DNA from: Acidobacteriota bacterium
Lineage (GTDB): Bacteria; Acidobacteriota; UBA890; WLXD01
Direction: 5' to 3'
Assembly: GCA_965248695.1 (NCBI GenBank)
Contig: CBDFKD010000002.1
Span: 544,001-608,000 of the forward strand
DNA: 64,000 nt
The position numbers were made by a program, and so were the translations under genes. The first letter of the stretch is position 1; each line of letters opens with the position of its first letter. The notes beneath the pieces were generated by a model that saw only the letters and a list, made by a program, of their open reading frames with translations, was not told the origin of the DNA and made no database searches. Of the stretch, positions 27,150-37,235 are shown piece after piece.

Positions 27150-28310
27150 ATGGACCAGCAGCTTGAGGAGCTCGTACGCCCACGCATCGAGGATAGCTAC
27201 CTCCGCATCCTCGTGGTCGAAGAGGATCCGGAGCTTCGCTCACTGGTCATCTCCACCCTCGCCCAATTCGGGTTCGGGTGTCAGGAGGCGATCGACGCCG
27301 GCGATGCGCTCCGTATCTTGCGCGAAGCCGCCGCCGGACGCGATGACAGTCCGCTGCAGCCCGAGGGCGGGCCGCTTACGCCGATCGGCGGCCGCTATGC
27401 GAGCCTGGCGTGCGAGTTCGGGTTGGTGATCTGTGACGTCCGGATGCCGGACCGCGACGGCCTGTCGTTTCTCGACCAGGTGCTGACCACGTATCCGGAC
27501 GTCTCGGTCATCATGCTGACATCGGTGGATCGAAGCCGCCTGGCTGTGGAGTGCTTGCGTCGAGGCGCCACCGACTACCTGGTCAAACCGATAGATATGG
27601 ACGATCTGCTGATATCGGTTCATCAGGGCCTCGAGCGACGACGACTGGTGATCGAGAATCAGCTCTACCAGACGAAGCTCGAGCGCATGGTCCAGGATCG
27701 CACTATCGAGCTTCGGCGGACGCTCGAAAAGCTGCGCGACAGCTATAACGAGACGCTCACCGCGCTCGCCGCGGCGCTGGACGCGCGCGAGCAGGAGACC
27801 GCCAACCACTCCGTGCGTGTTTCGGAGGGCTGTACTCGACTCCTCCGCCGGCTTGGCGTCGACGATGATGAGGCGCTGCAGGTAATCGAGGCGGGGGCGC
27901 TGCTGCACGACATCGGCAAGATCGGCATTCCGGATTCGATCTTGCTCAAAGACGGCCCGCTCGACCCGCGCGAGCGCGCCATCATGAAGCGACACCCACA
28001 AATCGGCTACGACATGCTGCGCGGCATCCGCTTCCTGGATCCGTCGCTCGAGCTCGTCCTTTACCACCAGGAACGCTACGACGGCACGGGCTATCCACAC
28101 GGTCTGGCCGGCGAGCACATTCCGCTCTCGGCGCGCGCCTTTGCGGTCGTTGATGCCTGGGACGCGATGACCAACACGCGCCCGTACCGTCAGGCGATGA
28201 CTGCCAAGCTGGCGGCCGAAGAGCTCCATTCGTGCGCCGGCACGCATTTCGATCCGGTGGTTGTCGAGGCGTTTCTGGATATGAAGCGCACCGAGGGGGC
28301 GCTCATCTGA
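27150..28310 (+). CDS. REC + HD-GYP cyclic-di-GMP phosphodiesterase
   Basis: Receiver domain, HDIGKIG, HQERYDGTGYP. Confidence 0.9.
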   Translation: MDQQLEELVRPRIEDSYLRILVVEEDPELRSLVISTLAQFGFGCQEAIDAGDALRILREAAAGRDDSPLQPEGGPLTPIGGRYASLACEFGLVICDVRMPDRDGLSFLDQVLTTYPDVSVIMLTSVDRSRLAVECLRRGATDYLVKPIDMDDLLISVHQGLERRRLVIENQLYQTKLERMVQDRTIELRRTLEKLRDSYNETLTALAAALDAREQETANHSVRVSEGCTRLLRRLGVDDDEALQVIEAGALLHDIGKIGIPDSILLKDGPLDPRERAIMKRHPQIGYDMLRGIRFLDPSLELVLYHQERYDGTGYPHGLAGEHIPLSARAFAVVDAWDAMTNTRPYRQAMTAKLAAEELHSCAGTHFDPVVVEAFLDMKRTEGALI

Positions 28311-29596
28311 GCCCACCGAGCGAGCTAGCGCCGCGCCGAGAGCTGTTCGCGTGGTGCACTTTCGACTTCGCGAACTCGGGCTATACGACCGTCATCATCA
28401 CCGCCGTCTACAACGTCTACTTCGTAACCGTGGTGGCTGGGAATCGACCGGCGGCCACGCTTGCCTGGACAGCGGCGCTTTCGGTCTCGTACCTACTCGT
28501 GCTGATCAGTGCCCCGATACTCGGCGCCATCGCCGACCACTCGGCGTCGAGGAAGCGGCTATTGGTGTGGACCACCAGCCTCTGTGTCCTGGCGACGGCG
28601 GCGCTGGTCACCACCGGACCGGGTGACATCTGGCTTGCCGCCGGCCTGATCATCGTGTCGAACACCTTCTACGCGGCGGGCGAGAACCTGATCGCCGCCT
28701 TCTTGCCCGAGCTGGCTCCCCCGGAAGACGTCGGCAAGCTGTCCGGCTACGGCTGGGCCTGGGGATACATCGGAGGCCTGGTAGCGCTGGCGCTGTGCCT
28801 GTTCTATCTGCGCTACGCGGTCGCTGGCGGCGCGTCCGAGTCAGAGGTGGTGCCATATACGGCGTTGATCGTCGCCGGCGTCTTCGGAGTGGCGGTGTTG
28901 CCGACGTTCCTTTGGCTCCGCGAGCCGCGCGACCGCGGCGAGCTGGGAAGCGCCGCGGACTATGTCCGGGTCGGATTTGCGCGTGTCGGGAGCACGCTCC
29001 GGGAAGCACGTCGATTCACCGATCTGTTTCGCCTGCTGCTGTGCATCGGTGCCTACAGCGCTGGGGTGACGGTGGTGAGCACCGTCGCCGGGGTCTACGC
29101 GCAGCAGGTCCTGCGGCTCACTCAAGTGGAGACCATATCGCTGCTCGTGGTCGTCAACCTGAGCGCCGCCGGCGGCGCCTTCGCCTTCGGATTCGTGCAG
29201 GACCGATTCGGCTCCAAGCAGACCATCGCAGCCACCCTGGTGCTGTGGAGCGCGACCACGCTGGGCGCGGCGTTCGTCGAGACCCGCACGCACCTGTTCC
29301 TCATCGGGAACATGGCGGGCATCGCGATCGGATCGAGCCAGTCGGCCGGCCGCGCCATGGTCGCGTTGTTCACACCGCCCTCCAAGACAGCCGAGTTCTT
29401 CGGGCTCTGGGGGATGGCCGTCAAGGCGGCCTCCATTCTCGGGCCGTTGACCTACGGGGTCACCAACTACGTCACCGCATCGCATCGCATTGCGGTCGCT
29501 ATCACGACGGTCTTTTTCGTCGCCGGCCTGGCGCTGCTGTGGGGAATCGACGAAGACCGCGGCCGGCAGGTGGCCCGCGCCTACCCCGACGGGTGA
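28232..29596 (+). CDS. MFS transporter, UMF1/ATG22-like
   Basis: AWCTFDFANS, PILGAIAD, AEFFG; multiple TM helices; true start probably ~28307. Confidence 0.85.
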   Translation: MRRHAFRSGGCRGVSGYEAHRGGAHLSPPSELAPRRELFAWCTFDFANSGYTTVIITAVYNVYFVTVVAGNRPAATLAWTAALSVSYLLVLISAPILGAIADHSASRKRLLVWTTSLCVLATAALVTTGPGDIWLAAGLIIVSNTFYAAGENLIAAFLPELAPPEDVGKLSGYGWAWGYIGGLVALALCLFYLRYAVAGGASESEVVPYTALIVAGVFGVAVLPTFLWLREPRDRGELGSAADYVRVGFARVGSTLREARRFTDLFRLLLCIGAYSAGVTVVSTVAGVYAQQVLRLTQVETISLLVVVNLSAAGGAFAFGFVQDRFGSKQTIAATLVLWSATTLGAAFVETRTHLFLIGNMAGIAIGSSQSAGRAMVALFTPPSKTAEFFGLWGMAVKAASILGPLTYGVTNYVTASHRIAVAITTVFFVAGLALLWGIDEDRGRQVARAYPDG

Positions 29597-32514
29597 GGCG
29601 GCCCGGCTGCAACGACTCGGTTGCGGCCGCCCGACTTGGCTTGGTACATCGCCTCATCGGCGCGCTTGAGTAGATCCTCGGCAATCGAATCGTCGTAGCG
29701 CGACGGCGAGGACAGCGTCGCCACGCCGACCGAGATGGTGACCGACAGGTCGTTGCCATCGAATCCGATACGCTCCGCCTCGACCTCGGAACGGAGCTTC
29801 TCGGCGAGGAACCGGGCGCCTTCCGCTCCGGTGTTGGGCAACAGGATGGCAAACTCCTCGCCGCCGAACCGCGCCGGAAGGTCGGTAGCGCGAACGGTCT
29901 GCGCCAGCCCGCGGGCCACGAGGCGCAGGACCTCGTCACCAGCAGCGTGACCGAAGCGGTCGTTGACTGCCTTGAAGCGATCCAGGTCAAGAACCAGCAG
30001 CGACAGGTGCTGGTCGGTGGGGACGCGCGTCAGCTTGCGCAGCTCACGCTCCAGGCTGTCGAGAAAGAAACGCCGGTTCGGTAGGCCGGTGAGCTCGTCG
30101 GTGGTGGCCATGCGCTCGAGCTGGGCGTTTTTCTCCACCAGTTCACGGGTGCGCGCGTCGACCATGCGGCGGAGTCGGCGACGATCGTGCTCGACGTGCC
30201 GTAGCCGGCCCCTGAACAACACCGCGACAGCTGCCAGGGCCACCAGGGCAAGTGCGGTGCGGAACCAGATCGTCTCCCAGAGCTCGGGCCGTACCACGAA
30301 GCGCACCCTTGCCGGCTCGTGGCTCCACAATCCGCTCTCGTTGATCGCCTGCAGCTCGAATGTGTAGTCGCCTGGAGGAAGGTCTACGAACGCCACCCGG
30401 CGCTCCTCGGTCGGACGCGACCAGTTGTCAGATCGTCCGATCAGGCGGTACTGGAAACGGGTGCTCGATTCATCTCGATAGGACAACGCGCTGTATGCGA
30501 TCGTGACGTCGTTGCGATCCGGAGGCAAATCCGCAAGGGTCGACTCGTTCGCCGGTTCGCCGTCCACCAGGACACGACGAATCACAGCCGCGGGCGGCAC
30601 CGTGGCCGCGACGCGGACACCGGGATGGAACACGGTCAGCCCTGCCGGTGTACCGAACCAAAGGCGACCATCGTCGCCGGCGACGGCGGCGCCCGGATTG
30701 CCGGCAGCGGCGATCAGGCCATCTCGAAGATCGTAGTGGGACACTCCGCGGGCCGGATCCCAGCGATCAAGTCCGCGATTGGTGTACATCCAGACTCGGC
30801 CCTGGCGATCGACGACGATCTGGTTCACGAAGTCGCTGGCCAGCCCATTACCATCGCGCGTGAGCGTCGCGGTGCTCCCGTCGGGAAGGAAGCGGACGGC
30901 ACCGTGACCGTTTGTGGCCGCCCACACACTTCCGTCCGGAGCCGGCGCCAGCGACCACACCGGCGACCGCTGCCAGTCTTCCGCTCTGTCTGGACGCACG
31001 AAACCGCCGTCGACCTGTACCCACACACCTCGATCGCGAGTACCGACCCACAAGCGTCCTCGGCTGTCGTTCACGAGGGCTGTCACCGGTGCGTCGGCGA
31101 GCCGCTGACCGGCAGGCGCCGGCGCGATTCGATCACCGCTCACGCGATGCAATCCATTGTCGGTGCCCACCCATACGGCGCCGCCGTGACGTCGGAGCGC
31201 ACGCACGGCCGGACCGCGAACCAAGCGCGGATCGCCCCCACGCGGCGCCCGCAACAAGCCGCGCGTCGTCCCGACGAGCAACTCGTCGGCAGTGGCCACC
31301 AGCGCCGTGATCTGACCCGCGGCGCCAGCGTTGATATCCAGCTCGAGGTTCGGCGGCTGGCTGCCGCTCAACGAAACGATCCCAGCTCGAGTCGCTGCCC
31401 AGACGGTACCGCCCGGGTCCGTATCGAGCGCTACGATGAAGTTCCCGGGCATGCCGTGGGCGGTCGTGAAGGTGGCGAAGCTCGAGGTCACGAGCTTGGC
31501 AGCACCGCCGTCGGTCCCGAACCAGGCGTTGCCTTCGTGATCTACCAGCACGGCGTTGACGCGGTCATCACCGATCCCGGCGCGGGCATCCAACACCTCG
31601 ACCACCGGCAATCGGACGTGGATCGCGCCGCGATCGGTACCGAACCAAAGGCTGCCGTCCGGCGACCGCGTGGCGCCGAGAACGTGCCTACTCCGAGCCT
31701 CGGTCAAGGGGTCGAGGTGATTGCCAACGAGCCGGTACAAGCCCCGATCGGTTCCCACCCATAGCGCGCCGCCGTCGTCGACCACGAGCACCGTGACCGC
31801 GGCGCCGGCCGGCAAGCCGACTTCTTCGCGGCGCAGCTGCTCGCGGTGCCATCGGTACAAGCCGCCAGCGCCACCGACCCACGTTCGGGACGAGCGATCC
31901 ACCGCGATCGCCGAGCAACAACCCGGCGGCACTGCAGCCTCCGGTACAGCGCGGCGTGCTCCCTCCGGGGCGGTCGTGACCAACCCGCGCGTGGTAGCAA
32001 ACCAGAGCTCGCCGTTGGGATGCGGAAAGATCGCCCGAACGACGGCGCCGTCGAGTCCGTCACCGAGCAAAACACGTACGGTGCCGCCTTCGACGACCCC
32101 GACCCCGCCTTCGCGGGCGGCGAAAACGATGCTACCGTCGGCCGCCTCCACCAGAGCGACAATCGTGCTACCGATCAGCCCTCCAGCGGCGCTGAATCGA
32201 GTGAACTCCGAGCCGTCGTAGCGCGCCAGGCCGCCGCTCGTTCCGAACCAGAGGTACCCCTCGCGATCCTGCAGGATGCTGTGAACTCGGCTGGCTGGCA
32301 GCCCGCTGGTAACCGTATAGCGCGTGAAGTTGAGCTGCTGCGCCGCCGCGGTGGCCGACCAGGCGCACGCCCACGCTATCAGCGCCAGCCGCACTGCTCC
32401 GAACGCGCGCCCGGCGCGGGAGCAAGATCGAAGTCGCGGCAGACAAGGCACCGTCGTAGTCATCGGCTCAAGAGTGCCGTCCATGAGTTGCCAATACTGA
32501 CTAATAATAGTCAA
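29581..32514 (-). CDS. Diguanylate cyclase with periplasmic beta-propeller and Y_Y_Y sensor
   Basis: Repeated LWFGT/LWVGT blades, Y_Y_Y domain, TM, DELTGLPNRR, GGEEF; start may be ~32463. Confidence 0.9.
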   Translation of the reverse strand: MTIISQYWQLMDGTLEPMTTTVPCLPRLRSCSRAGRAFGAVRLALIAWACAWSATAAAQQLNFTRYTVTSGLPASRVHSILQDREGYLWFGTSGGLARYDGSEFTRFSAAGGLIGSTIVALVEAADGSIVFAAREGGVGVVEGGTVRVLLGDGLDGAVVRAIFPHPNGELWFATTRGLVTTAPEGARRAVPEAAVPPGCCSAIAVDRSSRTWVGGAGGLYRWHREQLRREEVGLPAGAAVTVLVVDDGGALWVGTDRGLYRLVGNHLDPLTEARSRHVLGATRSPDGSLWFGTDRGAIHVRLPVVEVLDARAGIGDDRVNAVLVDHEGNAWFGTDGGAAKLVTSSFATFTTAHGMPGNFIVALDTDPGGTVWAATRAGIVSLSGSQPPNLELDINAGAAGQITALVATADELLVGTTRGLLRAPRGGDPRLVRGPAVRALRRHGGAVWVGTDNGLHRVSGDRIAPAPAGQRLADAPVTALVNDSRGRLWVGTRDRGVWVQVDGGFVRPDRAEDWQRSPVWSLAPAPDGSVWAATNGHGAVRFLPDGSTATLTRDGNGLASDFVNQIVVDRQGRVWMYTNRGLDRWDPARGVSHYDLRDGLIAAAGNPGAAVAGDDGRLWFGTPAGLTVFHPGVRVAATVPPAAVIRRVLVDGEPANESTLADLPPDRNDVTIAYSALSYRDESSTRFQYRLIGRSDNWSRPTEERRVAFVDLPPGDYTFELQAINESGLWSHEPARVRFVVRPELWETIWFRTALALVALAAVAVLFRGRLRHVEHDRRRLRRMVDARTRELVEKNAQLERMATTDELTGLPNRRFFLDSLERELRKLTRVPTDQHLSLLVLDLDRFKAVNDRFGHAAGDEVLRLVARGLAQTVRATDLPARFGGEEFAILLPNTGAEGARFLAEKLRSEVEAERIGFDGNDLSVTISVGVATLSSPSRYDDSIAEDLLKRADEAMYQAKSGGRNRVVAAGPPHPSG

Positions 32515-32718
32515 CTAAAAGCATAAATGATTCAAGACAATCATTAATATCTTTAAGTTTTCATATCAGATCATTAATAACTATAGATAGTTAGAGCCTT
32601 CGAGTGCGCTGGCCAGATTGTGCAACCACTTGCCGCCCGCGCGCCTGCCGCCGCCGGCTTCGGTAGAATCGTTGCAGGCGGCTGACCCAGCCGCCCGAGA
32701 ACCAGCCGGCGAGAACCC

Positions 32719-32961
32719 ATGCAGAGTCCGCAGTTATTAGCTCCCGACGAGCTTCAGCGCATCATCGAAACCGCGCTTCCGAGCTCCACCGTGCAGGTCA
32801 CCGACCTCACGGGCACGCGCGACCACTATCGAGTCGAGGTAGTGGCAGCACAATTCGAGGGCAAGACGCGCCTGCAACAACATCAGATGATCTACAAGGC
32901 GGTAGGGGACCACATGACCCAGGCCGTCCATGCTCTACAGATCCGCACGAGAACTCCCTAG
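32719..32961 (+). CDS. BolA/IbaG family protein
   Basis: DHY...FEGKTRLQQHQMIY...VHAL. Confidence 0.9.
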   Translation: MQSPQLLAPDELQRIIETALPSSTVQVTDLTGTRDHYRVEVVAAQFEGKTRLQQHQMIYKAVGDHMTQAVHALQIRTRTP

Positions 32962-32974
32962 GAGCAGCATCTCA

Positions 32975-33316
32975 ATGAGCGAAGAACTCCGCGGTCAGAT
33001 CGATGCCGCAGTAAGCAGCAGCCCGGTTCATCTCTTCATGAAGGGCACGCCCGACTGGCCACAATGTGGCTTCTCCAAGGCGTCGTGCGATGTGTTCCGC
33101 GCCTTGGGCGTGGAGTTCACGGCGACCAACGTGCTCGATAACCTCGATGCGTATCGCTCGACCCTCGGAGAGATCACCCAGTGGCCGACGATTCCGCAGA
33201 TCTTCGTGAACGGCGAGTTCATCGGCGGCTGCGACATCCTGATCGAGATGTATAACCAGGGCGAGTTGCAGAAGCTCCTGGGCGCCGAGACCCCGGTAGC
33301 TCAGGAAGCCGAGTAA
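32975..33316 (+). CDS. grxD: Monothiol glutaredoxin Grx4
   Basis: FMKG, CGFS, WPTIPQ, GGCD. Confidence 0.92.
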   Translation: MSEELRGQIDAAVSSSPVHLFMKGTPDWPQCGFSKASCDVFRALGVEFTATNVLDNLDAYRSTLGEITQWPTIPQIFVNGEFIGGCDILIEMYNQGELQKLLGAETPVAQEAE

Positions 33317-33359
33317 CGCCTCCGACCAGAACGTCCGCCTCGGACCCATCGAGCCAGCC

Positions 33360-34211
33360 GTGAACTTGTTTCACCTACTGGCCGCTTTCGTGCGAGCCCT
33401 CGGCCGCGCGGCCAACAAGTTCTGGTTCAACAACGGGTTCAACGACTGCGCCGCGATCTCCTACTACGCGTTGTTGTCGATCGTTCCGCTGGTCGGTCTG
33501 GTCATCGGTGTGCTCAGCCTGTTCGTCGGGGTGACCTCGGAGGAGATCGAGCAGATCCTGCGTGACGGCGGCTGGATCGCCCCCGAGTTCGGTGCCGTGA
33601 TCAACGCGGCGGTGGCCGAGCTGCTACGCCACGGGACCAGCATCGGGCTGGTGTCCCTGATCACGACGGTATGGTTCGCCAGCCTGGTGTTCGGGTCCAT
33701 CCAGACCGCGTTCGACCGTATCTTCCAGACCTTTCATCCGCCGCTGTGGGGGCTGATGAAACCGCGCCTGGTTGCTCTTGCCGCCGCCGTCCTGCTGATG
33801 CTGAGCTTCGTGTTCAACATCCTGATGACGGTGGTGCGAAGCATCGAGGCACCGCTGGCCGCTCGGGCGATGGACTTCGTCGAGCGCTCCGCGTTCCTCA
33901 ACTTCGCGAGCTCCTTCGTACTCGACATACTGATCTTCATGCTCATCCTCTACACGCTGCCCCCGCGCCGGTTGCACGACTGGCGCATGGTCTTTCCGGC
34001 GGCTCTGGTCGGCGCGGTTGGTTGGCGTCTGGCACGCGCCGGGTTCGGTTTCTACCTGAGCTACGCCACCGCCAGCCTGACCTTCAGCGGCTCGGCCGGG
34101 GCTGCGGTCATCTTCATGCTCTGGATCTACTACGCCGCCCTCGTGTTGCTATACAGCGCCGAGCTGCTGGTAGCGCTCGATCACGCCCGACGCGACAGCC
34201 AGCCCGGTTAG
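33360..34211 (+). CDS. YihY/BrkB family membrane protein
   Basis: AAISYYALLSIVP, FMLWIYY motifs. Confidence 0.85.
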   Translation: MNLFHLLAAFVRALGRAANKFWFNNGFNDCAAISYYALLSIVPLVGLVIGVLSLFVGVTSEEIEQILRDGGWIAPEFGAVINAAVAELLRHGTSIGLVSLITTVWFASLVFGSIQTAFDRIFQTFHPPLWGLMKPRLVALAAAVLLMLSFVFNILMTVVRSIEAPLAARAMDFVERSAFLNFASSFVLDILIFMLILYTLPPRRLHDWRMVFPAALVGAVGWRLARAGFGFYLSYATASLTFSGSAGAAVIFMLWIYYAALVLLYSAELLVALDHARRDSQPG

Positions 34212-34237
34212 TCCGGTTCAGCCCAGGTTGGTTGGGC

Positions 34238-34825
34238 TTAGCGTTCGAGCTCGAGAACAGCTGGCTTCCAGGCCATCGGGTCCGATGCCACCCGGTGTGC
34301 CGGGCTCACGACCTCGAGCCGGAGCGGCACAAACCGCACTAGCACGTAGTCGTCACCGCGGCTGCCGTCGACGTAGAAGTCGTCCCATTCCGGCTTCCAT
34401 CGTCGAGCTTTCTCGTCAGCATCGACAATTACACGTGCTTGCCCGACCAGCGTGACATAGGCGCCGCCCTGCACGTCGATGTAGTAGAGCGTCGCACGGG
34501 AGTCGTTCGCCAGTTCCTCTACCTTGCGGGTCGACGCGTTGGTGGCCATCCACACGGTGAAGTCATCATCGGACGGAAAGGGATCCATCGTTCGCGCTTG
34601 CGGTGCGCCATCAGCGTCGAGGGTGATCAGGGCGCAGTACCGGGCGGCTGCCATCACATCGCGGGCGGCCTCGACAATGCGGCGGCGCTCTGACTCGGGT
34701 TGCTGCATGCCGCTCCCTGATGTTCTGCTCGACCCGGGGTCTCGAAAGGCCACAGGATCCGCCGACACCGACGTCGACCCTACCAGGACCAACAACACCA
34801 CCACCGCCGGGAGCGTTCGGGTCAC
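34238..34825 (-). CDS. Exported pyridoxamine-5'-phosphate-oxidase-like (split barrel) protein
   Basis: GTG 34825, signal peptide, LITLDADGAPQARTM, TRKVEEL. Confidence 0.8.
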   Translation of the reverse strand: MTRTLPAVVVLLVLVGSTSVSADPVAFRDPGSSRTSGSGMQQPESERRRIVEAARDVMAAARYCALITLDADGAPQARTMDPFPSDDDFTVWMATNASTRKVEELANDSRATLYYIDVQGGAYVTLVGQARVIVDADEKARRWKPEWDDFYVDGSRGDDYVLVRFVPLRLEVVSPAHRVASDPMAWKPAVLELER

Positions 34826-36312
34826 TCCGCTCCGCCCGTCGACGCTCGCACCTCGTCTATCGCGGTAAGAATGTCCTCGAGCGCCATACGCATGCGGTCG
34901 GCGTGCGCTCTCAGCGGCAGCACGCAGATGCGTATCACGAATCGGCCGTCGAGCCGGGTGTCGGTGAGGAACACACGGCGGCGGGCATTGATCCGCCCGA
35001 TCAGACGCTGGTTCAGGTTGTCCAGCTCCTCCCCGGACAGCCCCGGCGGCTTCAGACGCCAAGCGAGTATGGTCAGTTGCGGCTCGGCGACGATCTCAAC
35101 GTCGTCGATCTCTCGCAGCCGCGCCGTTATCCAGTCCGTGAGCTCGAACTTCTCCTGCAGCGCGTCACGGTACGGCCCGATACCGTGACGCTTCAACGGC
35201 AACCACACCTTGAGGCCACGGAACTCGCGCGAGAGCTCCGGCGATATCTCGCAGAAATCGACCAGGTCAGGTTCGTCCTGGAGCGGCGGCAAGTAGTCGG
35301 CATTGGCCGAATGCGCCCGCCGTAGCGCCTCGCCGTCGCGCACCAGCAAGCTGCCGACGCCGTACGGCACGAACAGGCTCTTGTGCGGGTCCAGCACGAC
35401 CGAATCAGCGCGATCGAGACCACGCATCACGCGACACCCGCGATCGGTAAGCGCGAAGAATCCTCCGTAGGACGCATCGACGTGTAGCCAAAGTCGCTCC
35501 ACCTCGCATAGATCGGCGAGCTCATCGAGCGGATCCACCGCACCCGAGTTCGTTGTTCCGGCGCTGGCCACCACCAGGAAAGGTATGCGGCCCGCGTCTC
35601 GGTCTGCCTGAACCGCGGCCAATACCGTGTCGGCCCTCAATCGGTACAGCTCGTCCGACGGTAGCGAACGGACCGACTCGACCGGAAAGCCAGCCATCAA
35701 CGCCGCCTTGACCACCGAATGGTGCACCTGATCCGAGGCGTAGATCGTGCCGCTCAGGAAGTTCTGTGGAAGGCGCTCGCGGCGCGCCGTGACTACACCC
35801 GTGAGGTTGGCCAACGAGCCACCGCTGGTAAGGAAGCCGCTCGCCTCCGGCGGGTAGCCGATGATCTCGGCGAACCACGCGACCACATTCGCCTCCAACT
35901 TTGCCATCACGGGTCCGGCCGCGAAGACACCCATGTAGCGGTTGACCGAATCGTTGATGAACGAGGCGAGCGCCGACTCGAAGACCGCGTTGCCGTTGAC
36001 GTACGCGAAGTAGCCCGGCGACGCGGTGTTCAACGAGCGCGGAATCACATCGTCGAACAACAGGTCGAGCAGCTCGTCGAACGGCGCCCCCTGTTGTGGC
36101 AGCGGCTCGCCGAGCGTACGGGCGAACTCAGTGGCGCCATCCGTATTCGATGCCGGCTGCTCCCCGAACGACAGGACGTGCGGCAGCACACGCGCCACCG
36201 TGGCGTCGATGAGGGCGCGCATCTCCGCTTCGTCGGGCTCCAGCGGCCAGGAGGCCCCCTGCGCCGTCGCCTCCAACGCCGCACCCCGAGTGTCGTCGTG
36301 TGCTTCGGACAC
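34822..36312 (-). CDS. Group II PLP-dependent (aromatic amino acid) decarboxylase
   Basis: SGGSLAN, AGTTNSGAVD, HVDASYGG, DPHK. Confidence 0.9.
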   Translation of the reverse strand: MSEAHDDTRGAALEATAQGASWPLEPDEAEMRALIDATVARVLPHVLSFGEQPASNTDGATEFARTLGEPLPQQGAPFDELLDLLFDDVIPRSLNTASPGYFAYVNGNAVFESALASFINDSVNRYMGVFAAGPVMAKLEANVVAWFAEIIGYPPEASGFLTSGGSLANLTGVVTARRERLPQNFLSGTIYASDQVHHSVVKAALMAGFPVESVRSLPSDELYRLRADTVLAAVQADRDAGRIPFLVVASAGTTNSGAVDPLDELADLCEVERLWLHVDASYGGFFALTDRGCRVMRGLDRADSVVLDPHKSLFVPYGVGSLLVRDGEALRRAHSANADYLPPLQDEPDLVDFCEISPELSREFRGLKVWLPLKRHGIGPYRDALQEKFELTDWITARLREIDDVEIVAEPQLTILAWRLKPPGLSGEELDNLNQRLIGRINARRRVFLTDTRLDGRFVIRICVLPLRAHADRMRMALEDILTAIDEVRASTGGAE

Positions 36313-36397
36313 CGTCGTCCCGTCCTACAAAAACGGCCGCCGAACTGCCGGCGGCCTCACCAAGAATCCGTGAGAATCGGATGCTACCATGGCGTCC

Positions 36398-37096
36398 GTG
36401 TGCGGACGTTTCACGCTTCGGACCCCGGCGGATATCGTCAAGGACGTGTTCGGCTTGCGGCCTCTGCCCGGGCTGCGACCGCGCTACAACATCGCGCCGT
36501 CACAACCGGTTGCCGTAGTGCGGGACGATGCCGGGCAGCGGCGGTTGGAGATGGTCCGCTGGGGACTCGTTCCGTGGTGGGCCAAGGACGCCTCGATCGG
36601 CAACCGCATGATCAACGCGCGGGCCGAGACCGTGGCCACCAAGCCCGCCTTCCGCGAGCCGTTCGAGCAGCGGCGCTGCTTGATTCCCGCTGACGGCTTC
36701 TACGAGTGGCAGCGTCTCGGTAACGGACCCAAGCAACCGTTCCACCTCGAGCTCATCGGCGGTGATCCGTTCGCGTTCGCGGGCGTTTGGGATCGCTGGC
36801 GTGACCGCTCCAGCGGCGACGTGACGGAGTCGTGCGCGCTCATCACCACCGAGGCGAACTCGACGGTGGCACCGATCCACGACCGGATGCCGGTGATCCT
36901 CGGGCCGCAGGCGTTCGCGACGTGGCTCGATCCGACGGCTGCCCCGGAGCCGTTGCACGAGCTACTGCGGCCGATAGCCGCCGAGCAACTCCGCGCCACC
37001 GCCGTCAACACGCTCGTCAACCGTCCCGAAAACGACGACCCGCTCTGCCTGGATCCTGTCGTAGCACCGCGGCGACAGCCCACTCTGTTCGACTGA
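36398..37096 (+). CDS. SOS response-associated peptidase (SRAP/YedK)
   Basis: MCGRF start, RYNIAP, INARAE, GFYEW, HDRMP. Confidence 0.92.
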   Translation: MCGRFTLRTPADIVKDVFGLRPLPGLRPRYNIAPSQPVAVVRDDAGQRRLEMVRWGLVPWWAKDASIGNRMINARAETVATKPAFREPFEQRRCLIPADGFYEWQRLGNGPKQPFHLELIGGDPFAFAGVWDRWRDRSSGDVTESCALITTEANSTVAPIHDRMPVILGPQAFATWLDPTAAPEPLHELLRPIAAEQLRATAVNTLVNRPENDDPLCLDPVVAPRRQPTLFD

Positions 37097-37235
37097 ACGG
37101 ACGCTGACGGCGCCACCGAGAACGCCGCTGGCCGCACCCGGCCACCGTACTCGGCGCACCCGAAATTCGGGATTGTCCCGCGGACCCGCCGTTGCCTATT
37201 GTGCGGGCTGTCGCCGCCCGATCCCGGAGCCGTTC

